A DNA stretch of 64,000 nucleotides from Antedon mediterranea (lineage: Eukaryota > Animalia > Echinodermata). Positions 1-12,507 of this stretch are shown here, one piece after another (positions within the stretch are counted from its first letter, which is position 1; the number at the start of each line of letters is the position of its first letter). The notes beneath the pieces were generated by a model. That model made no database searches. It saw only the letters and a program-made list of their open reading frames with translations, and was not told the DNA's origin. A program made the position numbers and the translations under genes. The stretch covers positions 10,526,795 to 10,590,794 of the forward strand of contig NC_092670.1 in the NCBI RefSeq assembly GCF_964355755.1, written 5' to 3'.

Positions 1-28
1 TGATAAAATTAATTTGTAATGCCTTCAC

Positions 29-60
29 CTGCATTTCCTGTGTACCCACTAATTCTGAGA
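29..60 (-). pseudogene. 3' fragment of a FReD middle exon (LRISGYTGNAG) with its splice donor; relic of another paralog
   Basis: Reverse complement reads ctc aga att agt ggg tac aca gga aat gca g|gtgaag, matching the exon ends LTISGYTGTAG (24975) and LKISGCNGTAG (42696). Coding similarity stops at about position 60. Confidence 0.55.
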
Positions 61-694
61 CCTTGCTTGTCTTGTTTGTTTCCATTTTGTGTTTAGTAGG
101 ACCGGTCACACGTACACACGATACAATTAATATCATTTGCGTTCATTTCATAGTGGGCTTCGTAGCTTCAATATTTAGTTCGTTCCGCCATTCTAGTAAT
201 GCATGCCATCAGATCTTGTGCAATGTGTTTAAAAGTGAGTTTTTTAGTTAGAACTGAACATTTAAAGTCGTTTTTGTACCTGATTTTTTATTTCCATTTT
301 CTATAGGATAATAAATAAGCTCTTTCGCAATTTATATTTTTTTACATAACTACGATAAAGAACTTTCAAGGTCACTTCATTTTTAAAATTGAAAGAATGG
401 ATTTGCAGGCAGTATTTTATTTACATTAGATTTACGGTGAAGATGAAAACATTTTTTCTTGTTCCTCATTAAGCATAATAAGTGAACTCTCTTGATTCAT
501 ATACATAAAAATAAATTAATCACTTATTAAAAAGTTCCACGAACATTTTCCTGACATTTTAAAGAAATCTTGATTTTAAAAGTATAAAAGAATATATTTT
601 CGCAGTTGCCATTTTGTATCACATGACATCAGTTAAACCAATCATACGCGACGTTTAGGCAGCAGACGTCAAAATCACACGATGTAAACACGAA

Positions 695-1003
695 ATGGCG
701 TCCGACGAGGAAGGATCTTCTCGCTCAGACAAAGTAAAGTTGAAATGTTTTTTCCAAATTTACAAGCATTCAAATGAAATTATCAGTCCAATTACTGAGA
801 TTCGATGGAATAAAGTGTTGCTCTGTTCAAAGAGTTGGATAAAATTAGATGGAGACGGCAAGGAAATCGCCATACATTTGACGGAGCTTCTTGGTATGTC
901 TGATGAAGGTAAATCGTTTGACGATGTCGTACGCGAGCATCCAGGCTTAGGTTTTCATGCTACCTGTTACAGGCGATATACTGATACATCTCGACTAAAA
1001 AAG
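695..1003 (+). pseudogene. First exon of the putative Academ-encoded protein; further degraded exon-like pieces at about 1460-1589, 1718-1786, 1899-2096 and 2496-2940
   Basis: ATG-initiated ORF with an HxxCYxxYT motif (GFHATCYRRYTD) ending at aag|gtaat. Later AG/GT-bounded pieces and an acidic tail lie inside the TIR-bounded element. Confidence 0.55.
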
Positions 1004-3089
1004 GTAATATTTGGTTTCGATTATTATCAGAATACTCTAAGAGTTAATAATATAGTTAAATGATACAGTATATAGGGTGCTACTGATCTATATATCTATA
1101 GATAGGCCTAGATCTATATTGTGCCCTTATTTTAGATAGAGTTTCTGTGCTTGGTTGTTGATTGGGCTTTCTACTACTGTAGTACCAGTACTACTACGTA
1201 GGCCTAGGCCCTAGGCCATATTATATTATACAGTATATATTATTCAGTAGGCTACACAATTAATTTTAGTTAAATACCAATATAGGCTCTATATTCTGGA
1301 AAGTGAGTAAAACGTAACTTTCTAAAACTCTTGTTGGTTTTTTGAATTTACATTTTTTATTTTTTTTTTTATTTGCTTCAGTCTAAATGTTGAATGTTTA
1401 AACACCAAAATCTATAAAATATTAAAATATATTTTAATAATATTTATTATTATTTACAGGGAATTGGAAAGTGTTTTTTTAACATATAAGCAAAGTTATA
1501 AGACAGGAGATACCAAGACTCGCAAAACGCCAAAAGCTTTTCATGAAATCAATTGAAAAAACAGAAAATGTTTACTTGTCAACTATAAGGTAGGCTGTCG
1601 ATCCCTTCTTAAAAACGATGAAATAATTGTAATATTTTTGAGATCCAGTTACTGTAATAATTTCTTCATTGTATCTGTGTTACAATTAATTATAATCAAT
1701 TAATCTGTTATTTATAGATCAGACGTGTTGAAGAAGAAGCTCAGGATGGATTATCCTAACCTAATTTTTCATTCACCCACAAGAAGGTTAGTTGCTTAGT
1801 GTGTTTATATTAAATGATTATTTCACCAGGGATAATTTAAAAAAAAATCTTTTTGTGGATTGGTCAAACTAAATATTTTGTTTATTTTTTCTTAATTAGA
1901 AATGAATCAGTTCTGGTGTACTTTAGCAATGTATCCTCTGGATTTGTGGCTGATCCATTTTTGTCATCAGGAAAAAGTACAACGGAGACAGATGAATCAT
2001 CAGAGTATGACATAGATATTCCAACTACTTCTACAACACACGAAATCTCCACTGATGGTGACAATAGAGACAAACTAAGGACTCTATATTTTGCAGGTAC
2101 GGTTAAAATACAATAACTTGTATATTCAATTCAATTCAATTCAACTTTATTTCAGACAAACTGTCCATATGAAACACATAAAGTTTACAAAAACAACACA
2201 TATTATGGCTTTACTGATACTAGTTAACACACGTAAAAGTATACATGAGATTAAATATACAAAAGTTCTGTCCATTTTTATATTGGTTTATTTTTAAATA
2301 ACAACAATAAATGTTATTGCATAATTAAGGAAATGCTGTGGATCAAAGAGGTGAAAGCTGTATGCACTCAAAAAACAAAACTGTTATGATAGTAAGTGGT
2401 GTCGATCATAAATGCTGTACACAATACAGTATATGCTTTATATAAATTTATTATTACTATGTTTCATTCATCGAATGCTATAAAATATACTTGCAGGTAC
2501 GATAGTAAATAATGCCATCAAATCAAACAAAGGTATGCAGAGTGAATGGCCTCCAAGAGCAGCAGACATTAATGATGTTGACATATCTGAAATTGTGCCA
2601 TATGAGTTGTTTAATCTAATCGCAAAGTGTGTTGGTGCTGCAGAAGATACTATACAAACCTCATTTTCAGATGTTACTGAAGAAACTCGAACGAAAATTT
2701 TATCGATATTCCAGGAAATCCTGTACATTGGAAAGGAAGAAGGCAGACTCCAAAGTCACTTGCTCTAGGATTAACTGTTCGAGTGTGAATGAGATGAGTG
2801 TGAAAACAGGACAAGAGAAGAAGAAGAAGAAAAAGAAGACACACCAGACTATGGCATTGAAGATGATGAATTAGACTATGATGAATTGGACTATGAGGAA
2901 TTAGACTATATGAGGAAGATGAATATGAAATATACTGTAGTTTATACGGTTTTGAATGCAACAAAATCATCATAAAAAGTAACTGTAATGTAATAGGCCT
3001 ACACTATAACCAATGTGAAACACTACCTTGGTTATGCAAACAGAAACTGTGAGCATGTGAATAAAAAAAAAGATTTAAAAAAAATGAAA

Positions 3090-3330
3090 ACAAAATGGAA
3101 ACCATGAGAATATAAATAAATAATGTAACCATGAGAATATAATAATAAAAACTGTAACCATGAGAATATAAATAAATAATGTAACCATGAGAATATAATA
3201 ATAAAAACTGTAACCATGAGAATATAAAGAAAAATAGTAACTATGAGAATATAAAGAAATTGTGTAACCATTAAAAGAAATTGTGTAACCATGAGAATAT
3301 AAAGAAAAATATTAACCATGAGAATAAATA
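3090..3330. repeat. Minisatellite, unit about 25-30 bp (aaccatgagaatataaa...)
   Basis: About 9 degenerate tandem units; explains the spurious hydrophobic ORF 3032-3352. Confidence 0.85.
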
Positions 3331-5077
3331 CAATTACATTGAAACAAAACAAATATTTGATGTTTGTATTTTATTTAATAATTTAAATTTACTATTGCAT
3401 TGGTGTTTATTACTAGGAATATGTGTTCTATATGTTTCACAGTTAAATCATATCAGTCACTATGTACATCCTACGGTATAAACTTAGCATTATTGCTGCT
3501 GTATTTCTACTGCTATTAATAGCCTACCTGTCGGGAGAAACCATTATACGAACAGTTGAAGCCATTTGTAATTATAAATGTTTTAATGTCGGGGGATAAT
3601 TATTAACTCTAAATTTCAATTTTAGAGTTAATATAAATTTTTATTCACCAAATTTATTTAAAAAAATAAAGAATAAATCTATTTTGATAATAAATAACTT
3701 GCCTATATATTTCTTATAAACCGTGATAATAATAGTACAGTCTAGTTATAGTGCGCCACCAGTTGTTTCAGCCTCGCTATTTCGTAAGAAATCGTTGGCA
3801 TATTTACCAACTTTAACGGTAATTTTCTACCAAACGCCAGGTATTTTTTTGTGGAACTTTTACTTTTTGTACTATTAGTATTTATTTAGAACAGTATATG
3901 TGGTAAAAAAGTATTATGCTTGATGAGGAACGGGATTGCTTTTCCAGGCATCATTTCAGCTTCGCCGTAAGGCCTACATGTACCATGAAAAAAATTCCTC
4001 CCCTAAATTTAGCCTCAAATTATGCTAGAACGCTGCTGCGTCCGGGGACTTTAGTCCTGACTTTAGATCCTGTCACCACCAGTGCTTGGGTACAGTACAT
4101 GTCTCAAGTTCTTTCCCAGCAGTCAATGTCCTTATCATTTAACCAGTCGTATTTCTAACATTATTTTTATTATCCTTTAAATGTGATAATTGCAAAGGAA
4201 ACCCTACAGTAAGTGGGTATTCATTAATTATTTTCACTACAAGGTACAAAGGGTGTATAAGGCCTTAAAAAAGTAAATTCTTTGTTTACTTGAAATATGT
4301 TTTTAGTGTAAAAATGGATTGAAGATATACTAACCTAGTTAGTTAGTATTAGGCTAGGCGTTTTAGCCTTGCTAGGCCTAGGATTGTTTGGTCGTTTGTT
4401 GACATAATTAACACTAAAATAGGTGTGTTTATAAAATCCATATAAATATAACATTTAATATAATATTATTAAAAAACAAATGAAATGTAGGCCTTGGCTA
4501 GGACTACTATTTATTTGATTCAAATGACAGGAAGCTATTTAGATGTAAAACAAATAATGAATGTTTTATATTCGTGTAATGGTACAAATAATGGCATTTG
4601 ATGAATGATAAAATGTTAAATATCAACTCGGCTTATTGTATGATGCTTTAAAACCTAAGTTTTACCTAAATGTAAATTGGATTAAATTGAACTATTCAAC
4701 ATTTTAATTACTTGAATTCTGCCATATAGCCAATAATTGCTCTAGGCAGTAAAATAGCTCGCATTTAAATTTCTAAATGCTCCAGCATGTCAGTTAATAC
4801 ATTTTATATTAAGTGTGTTGAGACGATTATTTACATGTGGAAAATATTTGTCAAAGCAAATGGCTGGCCGGAGAAATTAACTTTGTTTTACAAGGGTAGC
4901 TCTAACAGCTGTACTTGCTGCAGTACAGGTGTCTTACAGAGGCCCTCTTAAAAACAATACAAAATGCCTACTACATTCAAGCATCAAATTACAAGCAGAT
5001 TCATAAAAGTTAAAATTCACACAAAAACAATTTAGAAAAGTTTAAATTCATTGAAGTATAACAATTTAAAATATAAA

Positions 5078-6122
5078 ACTAGATTTAATTTGTCACTATG
5101 ACGAATTATAGGTTATATGCATTGATTTAAATAAAGATAATTGATTTTTAAAAGATATATTAATTGATTGATTTTGTAAAAACCATATACCATAAGCCAT
5201 ATACACTTGAATAAAACAATCCGATCAAAGATCCCTCCGCTTATGTCATAAACCACCCTTACAGTACATAATAATAAACACATTACTTTTTCACTAGATT
5301 TCATTATAAATCATGCTTATTATAATTTATACACTGAACAAACAATACAAATATAAAAAAAAAATTGTCTTTCATTTCGTTTCCCAACGTGAGACTTGAT
5401 CTCGGGACCTCGAGTGCTATAGACGGGATCACATGAGACCACCGAGCCATGTACACCTGAATAAAAGTTGAAGGAAGATTCCTCCGTGTATTTAGTATGC
5501 AGTAACTACTTAGGCGCAGATAGATTATGACATACCGCAATGAATCATAAGTTTTTACAATGATGGCATCTTTAAAAATAAAAAAAAAATGCACTGTCAA
5601 AGTATATATTTCCAACGTTAATATATGAAAATTTTTAAGAAAAATGTTAATGTTAAGTTTGTTATTTCGGTCGAAGAGAATGTCATAGTTTGTTTGATTG
5701 TCAAAATTTTTATTTTTTAATTTAATATGCAATTAATGATGATGTAATCAACTTTTTTTCTCTTAGTCTTTTATTTTCATAAATCATACATGTGATAAAT
5801 ACACTTTAAGAAAATGAATTGCAAAATAGGGGTTCCCGAGCATTTTGACGATCTATTTAGCATATTTTCACCATTTTTTTTACACCTGTCACTTTCGACA
5901 TGCTCGTATAACATGGTTTCAAGTTTTTTGATTGCGCATCGTAAAAAGATAATCACATCGATTCCTGACCATAAGGAATATTCTCTGAAAAAATGACGTA
6001 GCTAGATGAAATTGATCCCAAGATAATTGATGAACAAAATAGTGCTAAGGAAAGAATAAATAAATACAGTTTCTGACAGAATCAATAAGGTTATATGCAT
6101 TTTCATGCATATAACCTAGAAA
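5078..6122 (-). mobile_element. Non-autonomous Helentron-type element (HINE/DINE-1-like architecture)
   Basis: One end is a subTIR plus inverted partner forming a hairpin (aggttatatgcat-tttc-atgcatataacct, about 6088-6117). The other end has the same subTIR (5110-5122) beside a short stem-loop aatttgtca-cta-tgacgaatt. No TSD; A/T-run flanks. Confidence 0.65.
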
Positions 6123-6991
6123 TATGAAATTCTTCATAAAAATAAAATTTTGCATAAATGAGTCAATTTTGGTGAATTTCCAAACAATTAAAATGATGTT
6201 TCTGGTGTTCTCTTAATCACTGCCCTCTTGTAACTGTTGCCAACTGATGTTGTTATTAGAACATCTAGGTGTTAGGTTAAACCCATTTAGGTTTGAAAGT
6301 GTATAGGAAAGTTTTGTTTTAGTGATTTTTTACATTTATACATTGAAGCCTTAGATTTAAATCTTAAATTGTATAGTAGTTTATTTGCTTTTTTAATGTT
6401 TATATACTTTCGCCTTTACCTTGGAAAATACATAAACATTCATCTTGTGTTTGCTTATGTCACAAATTTCTTTGATCAAAACCAATATTATAAATATAAT
6501 ATGTAGGCCTACATTCATTGTAAGTATTTATTTCATTTTAAATCATTTCAAAACAAGAATTAACACTTAAAACTACAGCAAATATCTACTTAAAATATAG
6601 GAAATACTGATTTATGATTAGATATCAATTTGATTTTATTAATTAAAAACAATGAATATAATAATGACATTATTATGTATTAGCATAGTTTTAAATAATA
6701 AAATAAATATTTTTTTACAGAATGACATGAATATATTATTTGGTATAATATTTAAAAATGATTAATAATAAAACATTCATTGTTTACTATTATATAATTT
6801 AAAATACAAAATTAAAAATTCCCTATAATAAATTTTTAAACAAATCACAGTTGATATGACAATATATTTGATTATTAAGGTTATAACATTTGAATTATTA
6901 TAATAAAATAATTATTAATGATAAGGTAAAATGATATTTAAAAGAAACAAAGAGGAATCTAAATTATTCAATAATTACAGATTCTGATTTG

Positions 6992-7122
6992 TTATGGTGC
7001 TCTTTTAACCATCATCACTGTTGTCTTAAAAGATCAAAATAGCGATTCCAGTTGATGCCATTGTAATCAGCTGTACCTAGTGTGAGACAAAGCCCATTCA
7101 GGTCTGAATCATGAACATTCTC
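6992..7122 (-). repeat. 131-bp pseudo-copy of the FReD C-terminal coding segment directly after the gene A stop
   Basis: Reads HDSDLNGLCLTLGTADYNGINW...(frameshift)...KTTVMMVKRAP*, homologous to the gene end HYSNLNGLYLTPGTNAGINW...KKTVMMIKRAP*. Confidence 0.9.
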
Positions 7123-7367
7123 TTATGGTGCTCTTTTAATCATCATCACTGTTTTCTTGAGACTCTCATATTTATTATTGAAATGATACCAGTTGATACC
7201 TGCATTTGTACCTGGTGTAAGGTAAAGCCCATTCAGGTTTGAATAATGACAGGATTTGTACCACCAACCACTTTTCCTGTCCGTAGCACAGTTAATATCC
7301 ATTCTCTTATCATTGTCTTTATCATACGTTGTAAATTGTTGACCATTGTGGTATGCCAAAGAATCAC
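7123..7367 (-). CDS. FReD gene A, last exon (fibrinogen C-terminal domain; ficolin/techylectin/MFAP4-like)
   Basis: tttag| acceptor, phase 1; GDSLAYHNGQQFTTYDKDND...C...GWWYKSCHYSNLNGLY...W...SLKKTVMMIKR*. Canonical FReD motifs. Confidence 0.92.
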
Positions 7368-7909
7368 CTAAACAAACAAGATATTAGATCATCTTTAGTT
7401 TACTTCATATATCTTTAAATTTTTAAATATTTGTATATTTGTATCACTATCCGATCAAAGTTTCCTCTGTGTATAATGTCATAAACCACATTTGTTACAT
7501 AATAATAAAGACATAAGTTACTTTATATCTAGATTTCATTATAAATCATGTGTATAATCTATACACTAAGAAATAAAATTGAATAAACAATACGGATAAT
7601 AAAAAAATCTCATTTCGTTTTGTTTCCCAAGGTGAGACTCGATCTCGATACCTTGAATGCCATAGACACAGTCCAAACCACCGAGCCATACACAACTGAC
7701 TAAAAGTTGTAGAATAATTCCTCCGGGTATTTACTATGTAGTAACCACTTTAGTGCAGTTAGATTATTACATACCGCAATTAATTATAATTTTTTACTAT
7801 GATGATATATTAAAAAATTTAAAAAAATGATGCACTGTCAAACTATAAACTTTTAACTTTAATATATGAACATTTTATGGAAGAAAGTTAATGTTAGGTT
7901 TGTTATTTC

Positions 7910-9982
7910 GGGTAGTAACAAAGTGCGAGGCAGCGAGGCACGCGAGGCAGGGAAGGCATGCGAGGCAAGTCAGAAATTTATGCGAGGCATCGTTTTACCA
8001 TCATCAAAAAATGCGAGGCATCTTTTATCATTTCTCAAAATTGCAAGGCAGGAAATCACCGAAATTGAAGTAGCCTAGGCCTAGGCCCGCTAGGCTAGTT
8101 TCCTTTTGCACCTGCCTTGTATTTTAACCAACTTTATCCTGAATACCACAGCTTAGAATTAGTAGGCCTACTTTAATGAAGAAAAATCACATAAAAGTAA
8201 CAATAAATCCATTAAATTGGTGATTTTACAGACGTTGTTTTTCTCGCATTTCGCACACTCAATGTTCAATATTTTGGTTTCTATGGAACGCCAAAAGAGC
8301 TAAATTAATTAGAGGGCTAAAAACTCTGTGGAATCCATTTATATTTAACGCATTATTTGGTGAAAATCAAGTACAATTTCAATAGATTTTGTCACTGTCA
8401 GTAAGGAAAAATGTTACTGTTGATAATGTACACGGTTTCGTTAACCTTTTAAAGAATAAAATAGAAAAATTCATCATAATATCCTTAGTAGGATGTCCTA
8501 GGTCTAGACTAGGTAGTGATGTTGATTTAGGATCGATTATTATTCTTTGAAAACAGAACAGTATCAGCAGTAACATATTACAGCATTTTTATTGACAAAT
8601 TAACAAATATATTGAAATAAAACGTGTTTTTCACCAATAAATGCATGAGCAATTGACGCATTCCACTGAGTTTTAGTCCTCTATTATCGTTGCTCTTTTG
8701 GCGCTCCATAGAAACAAAAATATTGGACATTGAATAAGTGAAATTCGCGAACAGTGTGCGAGAAACACGCCTGTAAAATCATTAATTTAAGGATTTATTT
8801 GTTACCTTTTATGTGATTCTTTCATTAAAGTACTCATGAGGTATACTTCTAAGGTGTGGTATTCACACGATGAAGTTAGCTATCAAATTTGGAGTAAAAA
8901 TACAAGGGAAGGAAACTAGCGCCAGGTTTATTAGTACGTACATGGACAACAATAAATAAAAATCGTTCGTAATATACCTACAGTAGCTTACTAAAACAGG
9001 AATAGTGTATCATTATTAAATATTACACCAATTATTATTATATCAAAATTGATATAAATATATATATATGATATATATATGATATATGAATTATTTTCTA
9101 CATAGGCCTCTTATCTAGGTTAGGGCTAAGCATATTAGCTAAAGTTTAATTTTAGGCCTAGTATTACAATTGTCGGACGTGACGTAAGTCTTTTTTCACA
9201 CGCGCTCCAGAATTCTGTCGCAATTTTTTTCTTTGCGGCATGTTATTGGATCGCCATATCAGTTACCTTTTATTCACCGCCAGTTATTGAACTTGTCCTG
9301 GCAATCGCTGTTCACCTTATTTGCGAGAGAGGTACACGTGTTGTTCCTAGAGAATGGAAAGTCAAAAATGTCTTTGGCACGCCGCTCAGAGAGAAGTCTG
9401 TGCGTTGCTGCTGAAACCACGTGCTATAGGAGGGGAATGCACCACAACCCTCTGAGCTGAGGGCTGAATCATTCCGCTACCTGCTAAATAGTAAAGAGGG
9501 ATTTTCCATCTCTCGGGTCTACCGGATCTAGGCGCAGGGGTGTGACAAAATATTATTTTCACTCTGCTATGTTCGAGAGACATGTGAGTGAACACGCTCG
9601 AAATGGCAATAAACATTGCAGTCATTTGATGAATGTGTCGCTATAACAATTATTGTTTATGGAAAGTTGAAGACTGTCGTTCAGATTTTTGAACCGTAGT
9701 TTGGGCACTTTTGTAAAAGTAAAATTTGACACGATATGACTTGAATGAAAAAACAATCGTTACATAAAAATAAACAACATGATGAGTGTATACACGAATC
9801 TATTTAGATACGCTTGTATCGATTGATTATTAGGCCTATAATATAGCATAATAGCACGTTAAGATATGCCTCGCACCTTTTTGAAATTGTAAACTATATG
9901 CCTCGCACTTTTGGAAATGATAAAATGATGCCTCGCACAAATATTTGGCATGCATCGCTTGCCTCGCACTTTGTCAACACTC
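7910..9982. mobile_element. Non-autonomous Mutator-like element
   Basis: 9-bp TSD tgttatttc (7901-7909, 9983-9991); single copy at the empty site near 5660. G...C termini with a 22-bp imperfect TIR and subterminal gcgaggca repeats. Confidence 0.85.
8094..8920. mobile_element. Old MITE with ~300-bp diverged inverted arms, nested in the Mutator-like element
   Basis: 8094-8380 is the reverse complement of 8625-8920 (gctagtttcc/ggaaactagc; ctatggaacgccaaaagagc/gctcttttggcgctccatag). TSD not resolved. Confidence 0.6.
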
Positions 9983-10291
9983 TGTTATTTCGGCCTAAGA
10001 AATTGTCAAAATTATTTGATTGGTATTTAAAATGCAATTAATGATGACTTTATCAACTTTTGTTCTCTTAATTTCATAATATAGCATACATATGATACAT
10101 ACACTTCAAGAAATTGAAATAAAAAATAGGTGTTCCCGAGCATTCTGACGATCTATATTATTTTTTAAATTTAGGATATTTTCACCATTTTGTTAACTTA
10201 GACGTGCGTAGCCTGTCACTTTTGGTTATTTTATGTTGGCCATGAGTTTTATTTTTAACTTACAAAATATGGTTAGGCTCATCTATTCAAA

Positions 10292-11248
10292 TAGACTTGC
10301 CCCAAGTCTGTATTGTTTTTTTTTATAATTTATTTGTTTTTATTTCGACCGCGATTTTTGTCTGAAAATACAGACTTGTGAAACACGTATAGAAATCGAT
10401 TTGCAGACCGCAAACATACGATAAGAATGACGTAGGTTATAATACCGTATTTGGCTATATGGGGCGGGCGGTATGTAAATATGGATTTCGAATCAACCAA
10501 TGATCATTTTGTTTCAAAATGAAAGAGATCGAGTACGTACGATCGAGACTGTTGTCAAAATATAAAATAGTAATGCCAAGTTGTTTTGTTTATTAATTGT
10601 TTAGTCCTTGGCCTAGGCCTCTTTCGTAGGTCCTACTCAACTGACCTGCCAAATAAAACGTCAAATGAAGTAGGCCTACATACATACCACCACCGGCACA
10701 CAACAGGGCTACACCACCACACAGGAGGAGAAGAACAGGACAGGGTCTGGGTGGGAATTAAATCAAAATTATCTCCGCGTAATAAATGATCCATTCAATG
10801 TTTGATTTGCGGAGAAGCTATAGCCTATCATATATCAAGACGAGTTTTCATGTTTCAAAGATCCCATCAAATGTTTACCAGACTACTAGGCATAGGCCCT
10901 ATACAATAATTTCTAGCCTTCAGAACTTTCATAAATGTACCCGGCCAAGTACACATTGTCTAAACGTAACATAGCGCATGCGCATCATCTTAGTTGTTGA
11001 GTCTTTGAAATTCTGAAATATGAATATTTAAACAATGTACGAGTGAGTAGCCAATCGCATGCAGGTGAAACTAGTCAACCGGATAATCGTATGCACCAAG
11101 AATTCTTGGTGTCAAACCACGTGACTTGTGCGTGTTTCCCCAGACGGAGTATCCAAAATCAAGTAGTATACGTATGAAACGCCATATGTGCCAAAATATT
11201 TATCTTTTTACTAATATTAAGACAAAACTCCGTCTGGAACCCAGACTA
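10292..11248. mobile_element. Non-autonomous DNA transposon with hairpin-capped TAG...CTA ends and 9-bp TSD (AcademH-like candidate), copy 1
   Basis: TSD ctattcaaa (10283-10291, 11249-11257). Ends are tagacttgccccaagtct and gtctggaacccagacta. Interrupts the Rex1 ORF at Y-S-N. Confidence 0.8.
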
Positions 11249-11564
11249 CTATTCAAATAGCGAGCTATTACAACTACGTGATCAAAACAAAGCACACCTG
11301 GACAAAGCGTACCTGAATAATGCCTCTGTTGGAAAGTACATTGACTGGCCTAAAGAAATCAAACGCCGAAAACGAGGTAAAGCAAGAGGTCTTAGAAAGC
11401 GAATTCAACGGAGAAGATCCAGACCGTACATCCCGTCACTGATAATCGGTAATGTACAATCGCTGGATAGCCAACAAGGGCTGAAAATGAATGAGCTCAG
11501 ATCAAATGTGCAGCACCTAAATGAATTTAGGAATGTAAGTTTAATTTCATTTACTGAAACCTGG

Positions 11565-11969
11565 TGTCATATTATTTATGTTGTGATTCTCTGTGTTTAG
11601 ATAAGGATGCTTTAGACCAGGTCCGCCTTATATTATTAGCCAATCAAAATCGTATAATTTTTGGAGGGAAAATGTTATCCTCCTCTGAAGCCTAAAATTT
11701 GCATGTCCAGTATAAAAATGGAATGTAATAGATATTAAGGAAGAAGAGAGAATAAGATCAAAGTAGATAAACGGAAAGATGATAAAGAAAATATTAAGGC
11801 TTGACTGGTAGTGGTAGAAAGATGTATTAATCGAGTTACAAGGAATAAAAGTTCTAGTTGAGTTAAATTTACTTTTTGTATGAGTTATCATTCAGTGACA
11901 GCAGTGTACGTCGCGTGGAAATATATACGCCTGAGAAAGCTCGGAACCAACTAAAATATATTCACTACA
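11565..11969 (+). repeat. 5' LTR
   Basis: tgtcat...actaca; 4 substitutions counted versus the 3' LTR. Confidence 0.95.
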
Positions 11970-11983
11970 TGGTGGCAGCGGTG
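11970..11983 (+). promoter_or_regulatory. Primer-binding site, probably tRNA-Leu
   Basis: tggtggcagcggtg directly after the LTR, complementary to a tRNA 3' end ...CACCGCTGCCACCA. Confidence 0.8.
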
Positions 11984-12507
11984 AAAATTTTTGTTTAATA
12001 AGATACATGATTTAGTATCAAGAAGAAGAAGATGAAGTGACAGTGCCTACTCTACGGGCCTGTTAAATCAGTAACCAAAAAGTTAAATGGTTACGAAGAT
12101 CTGGATTCCTGACAGTTTTTATACCGTGCGTTGTTTGGATATTACAACGAAGAAGTACTGTTGAGCTCAAGACTGCTGGATATTCATCGGAGAGATATAT
12201 TATATTCACCGAGATCTGAAAGAAGAAGACTGAAGTAACAGAAGGAAGCCCAGTAAATTTTGAGAAGATTTGCAAAGCTGACTTTGTAAACTATTTTTTA
12301 TTTCAAAAGTAAATTTGTACGGAGCGAACTTGGAACGTTGTTTGTGACTTTGAAGTAAATTAATGTCTTATATTGTATTGCATTTAAACATTTATGTGGA
12401 TTTCATATTTTTTACATATCTGAATGGAATCAAGGTAATACAAATACTTTTATAACATATTTTGTATACATAAGTTTACATATTTCATTAGTAAAATTGT
12501 TATTAGC

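Larger units (their letters stand above)
427..3976 (+). mobile_element. Academ-like DNA transposon, internally deleted, with intron-containing ORF remnants
   Basis: TAG...CTA termini. Imperfect TIR (tagatttacggtgaagatgaaa vs taggccttacggcgaagctgaaa; gttcctcattaagcataata also mirrored). 3-bp TSD CAT at 424-426 and 3977-3979; the paralogous site near 24685 has a single CAT. Confidence 0.75.
62..4336 (-). repeat. Paralogous copy of FReD gene A last-intron sequence, interrupted by an Academ-like element
   Basis: 62-426 plus 3980-4336 align with 24305-24976, and 4015-4170 aligns with 42525-42690. Similarity ends at the donor-site sequence gatatactaacct; the exon itself is absent. Confidence 0.75.
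7440..10220 (-). mobile_element. Second, truncated copy of the Helentron-type element, split by a Mutator-like insertion
   Basis: 7440-7909 plus 9992-10220 align collinearly with about 5215-5895. Confidence 0.7.

Noticed and set aside
1190-1220. Recurrent taggccta palindromes throughout the window as a regulatory or recombination signal
   Set aside because: Scattered without positional pattern, mostly inside repeats; no support for a specific function from sequence alone.
6992-7122. Cassettes as alternative terminal exons
   Set aside because: No polypyrimidine tract/acceptor at the unit starts, no matching internal donor in the real exon, and the frames are broken.
11628-11891. Duplicated 87-aa hydrophobic ORF (also 22570-22833)
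   Set aside because: Antisense reading of the two LTRs.
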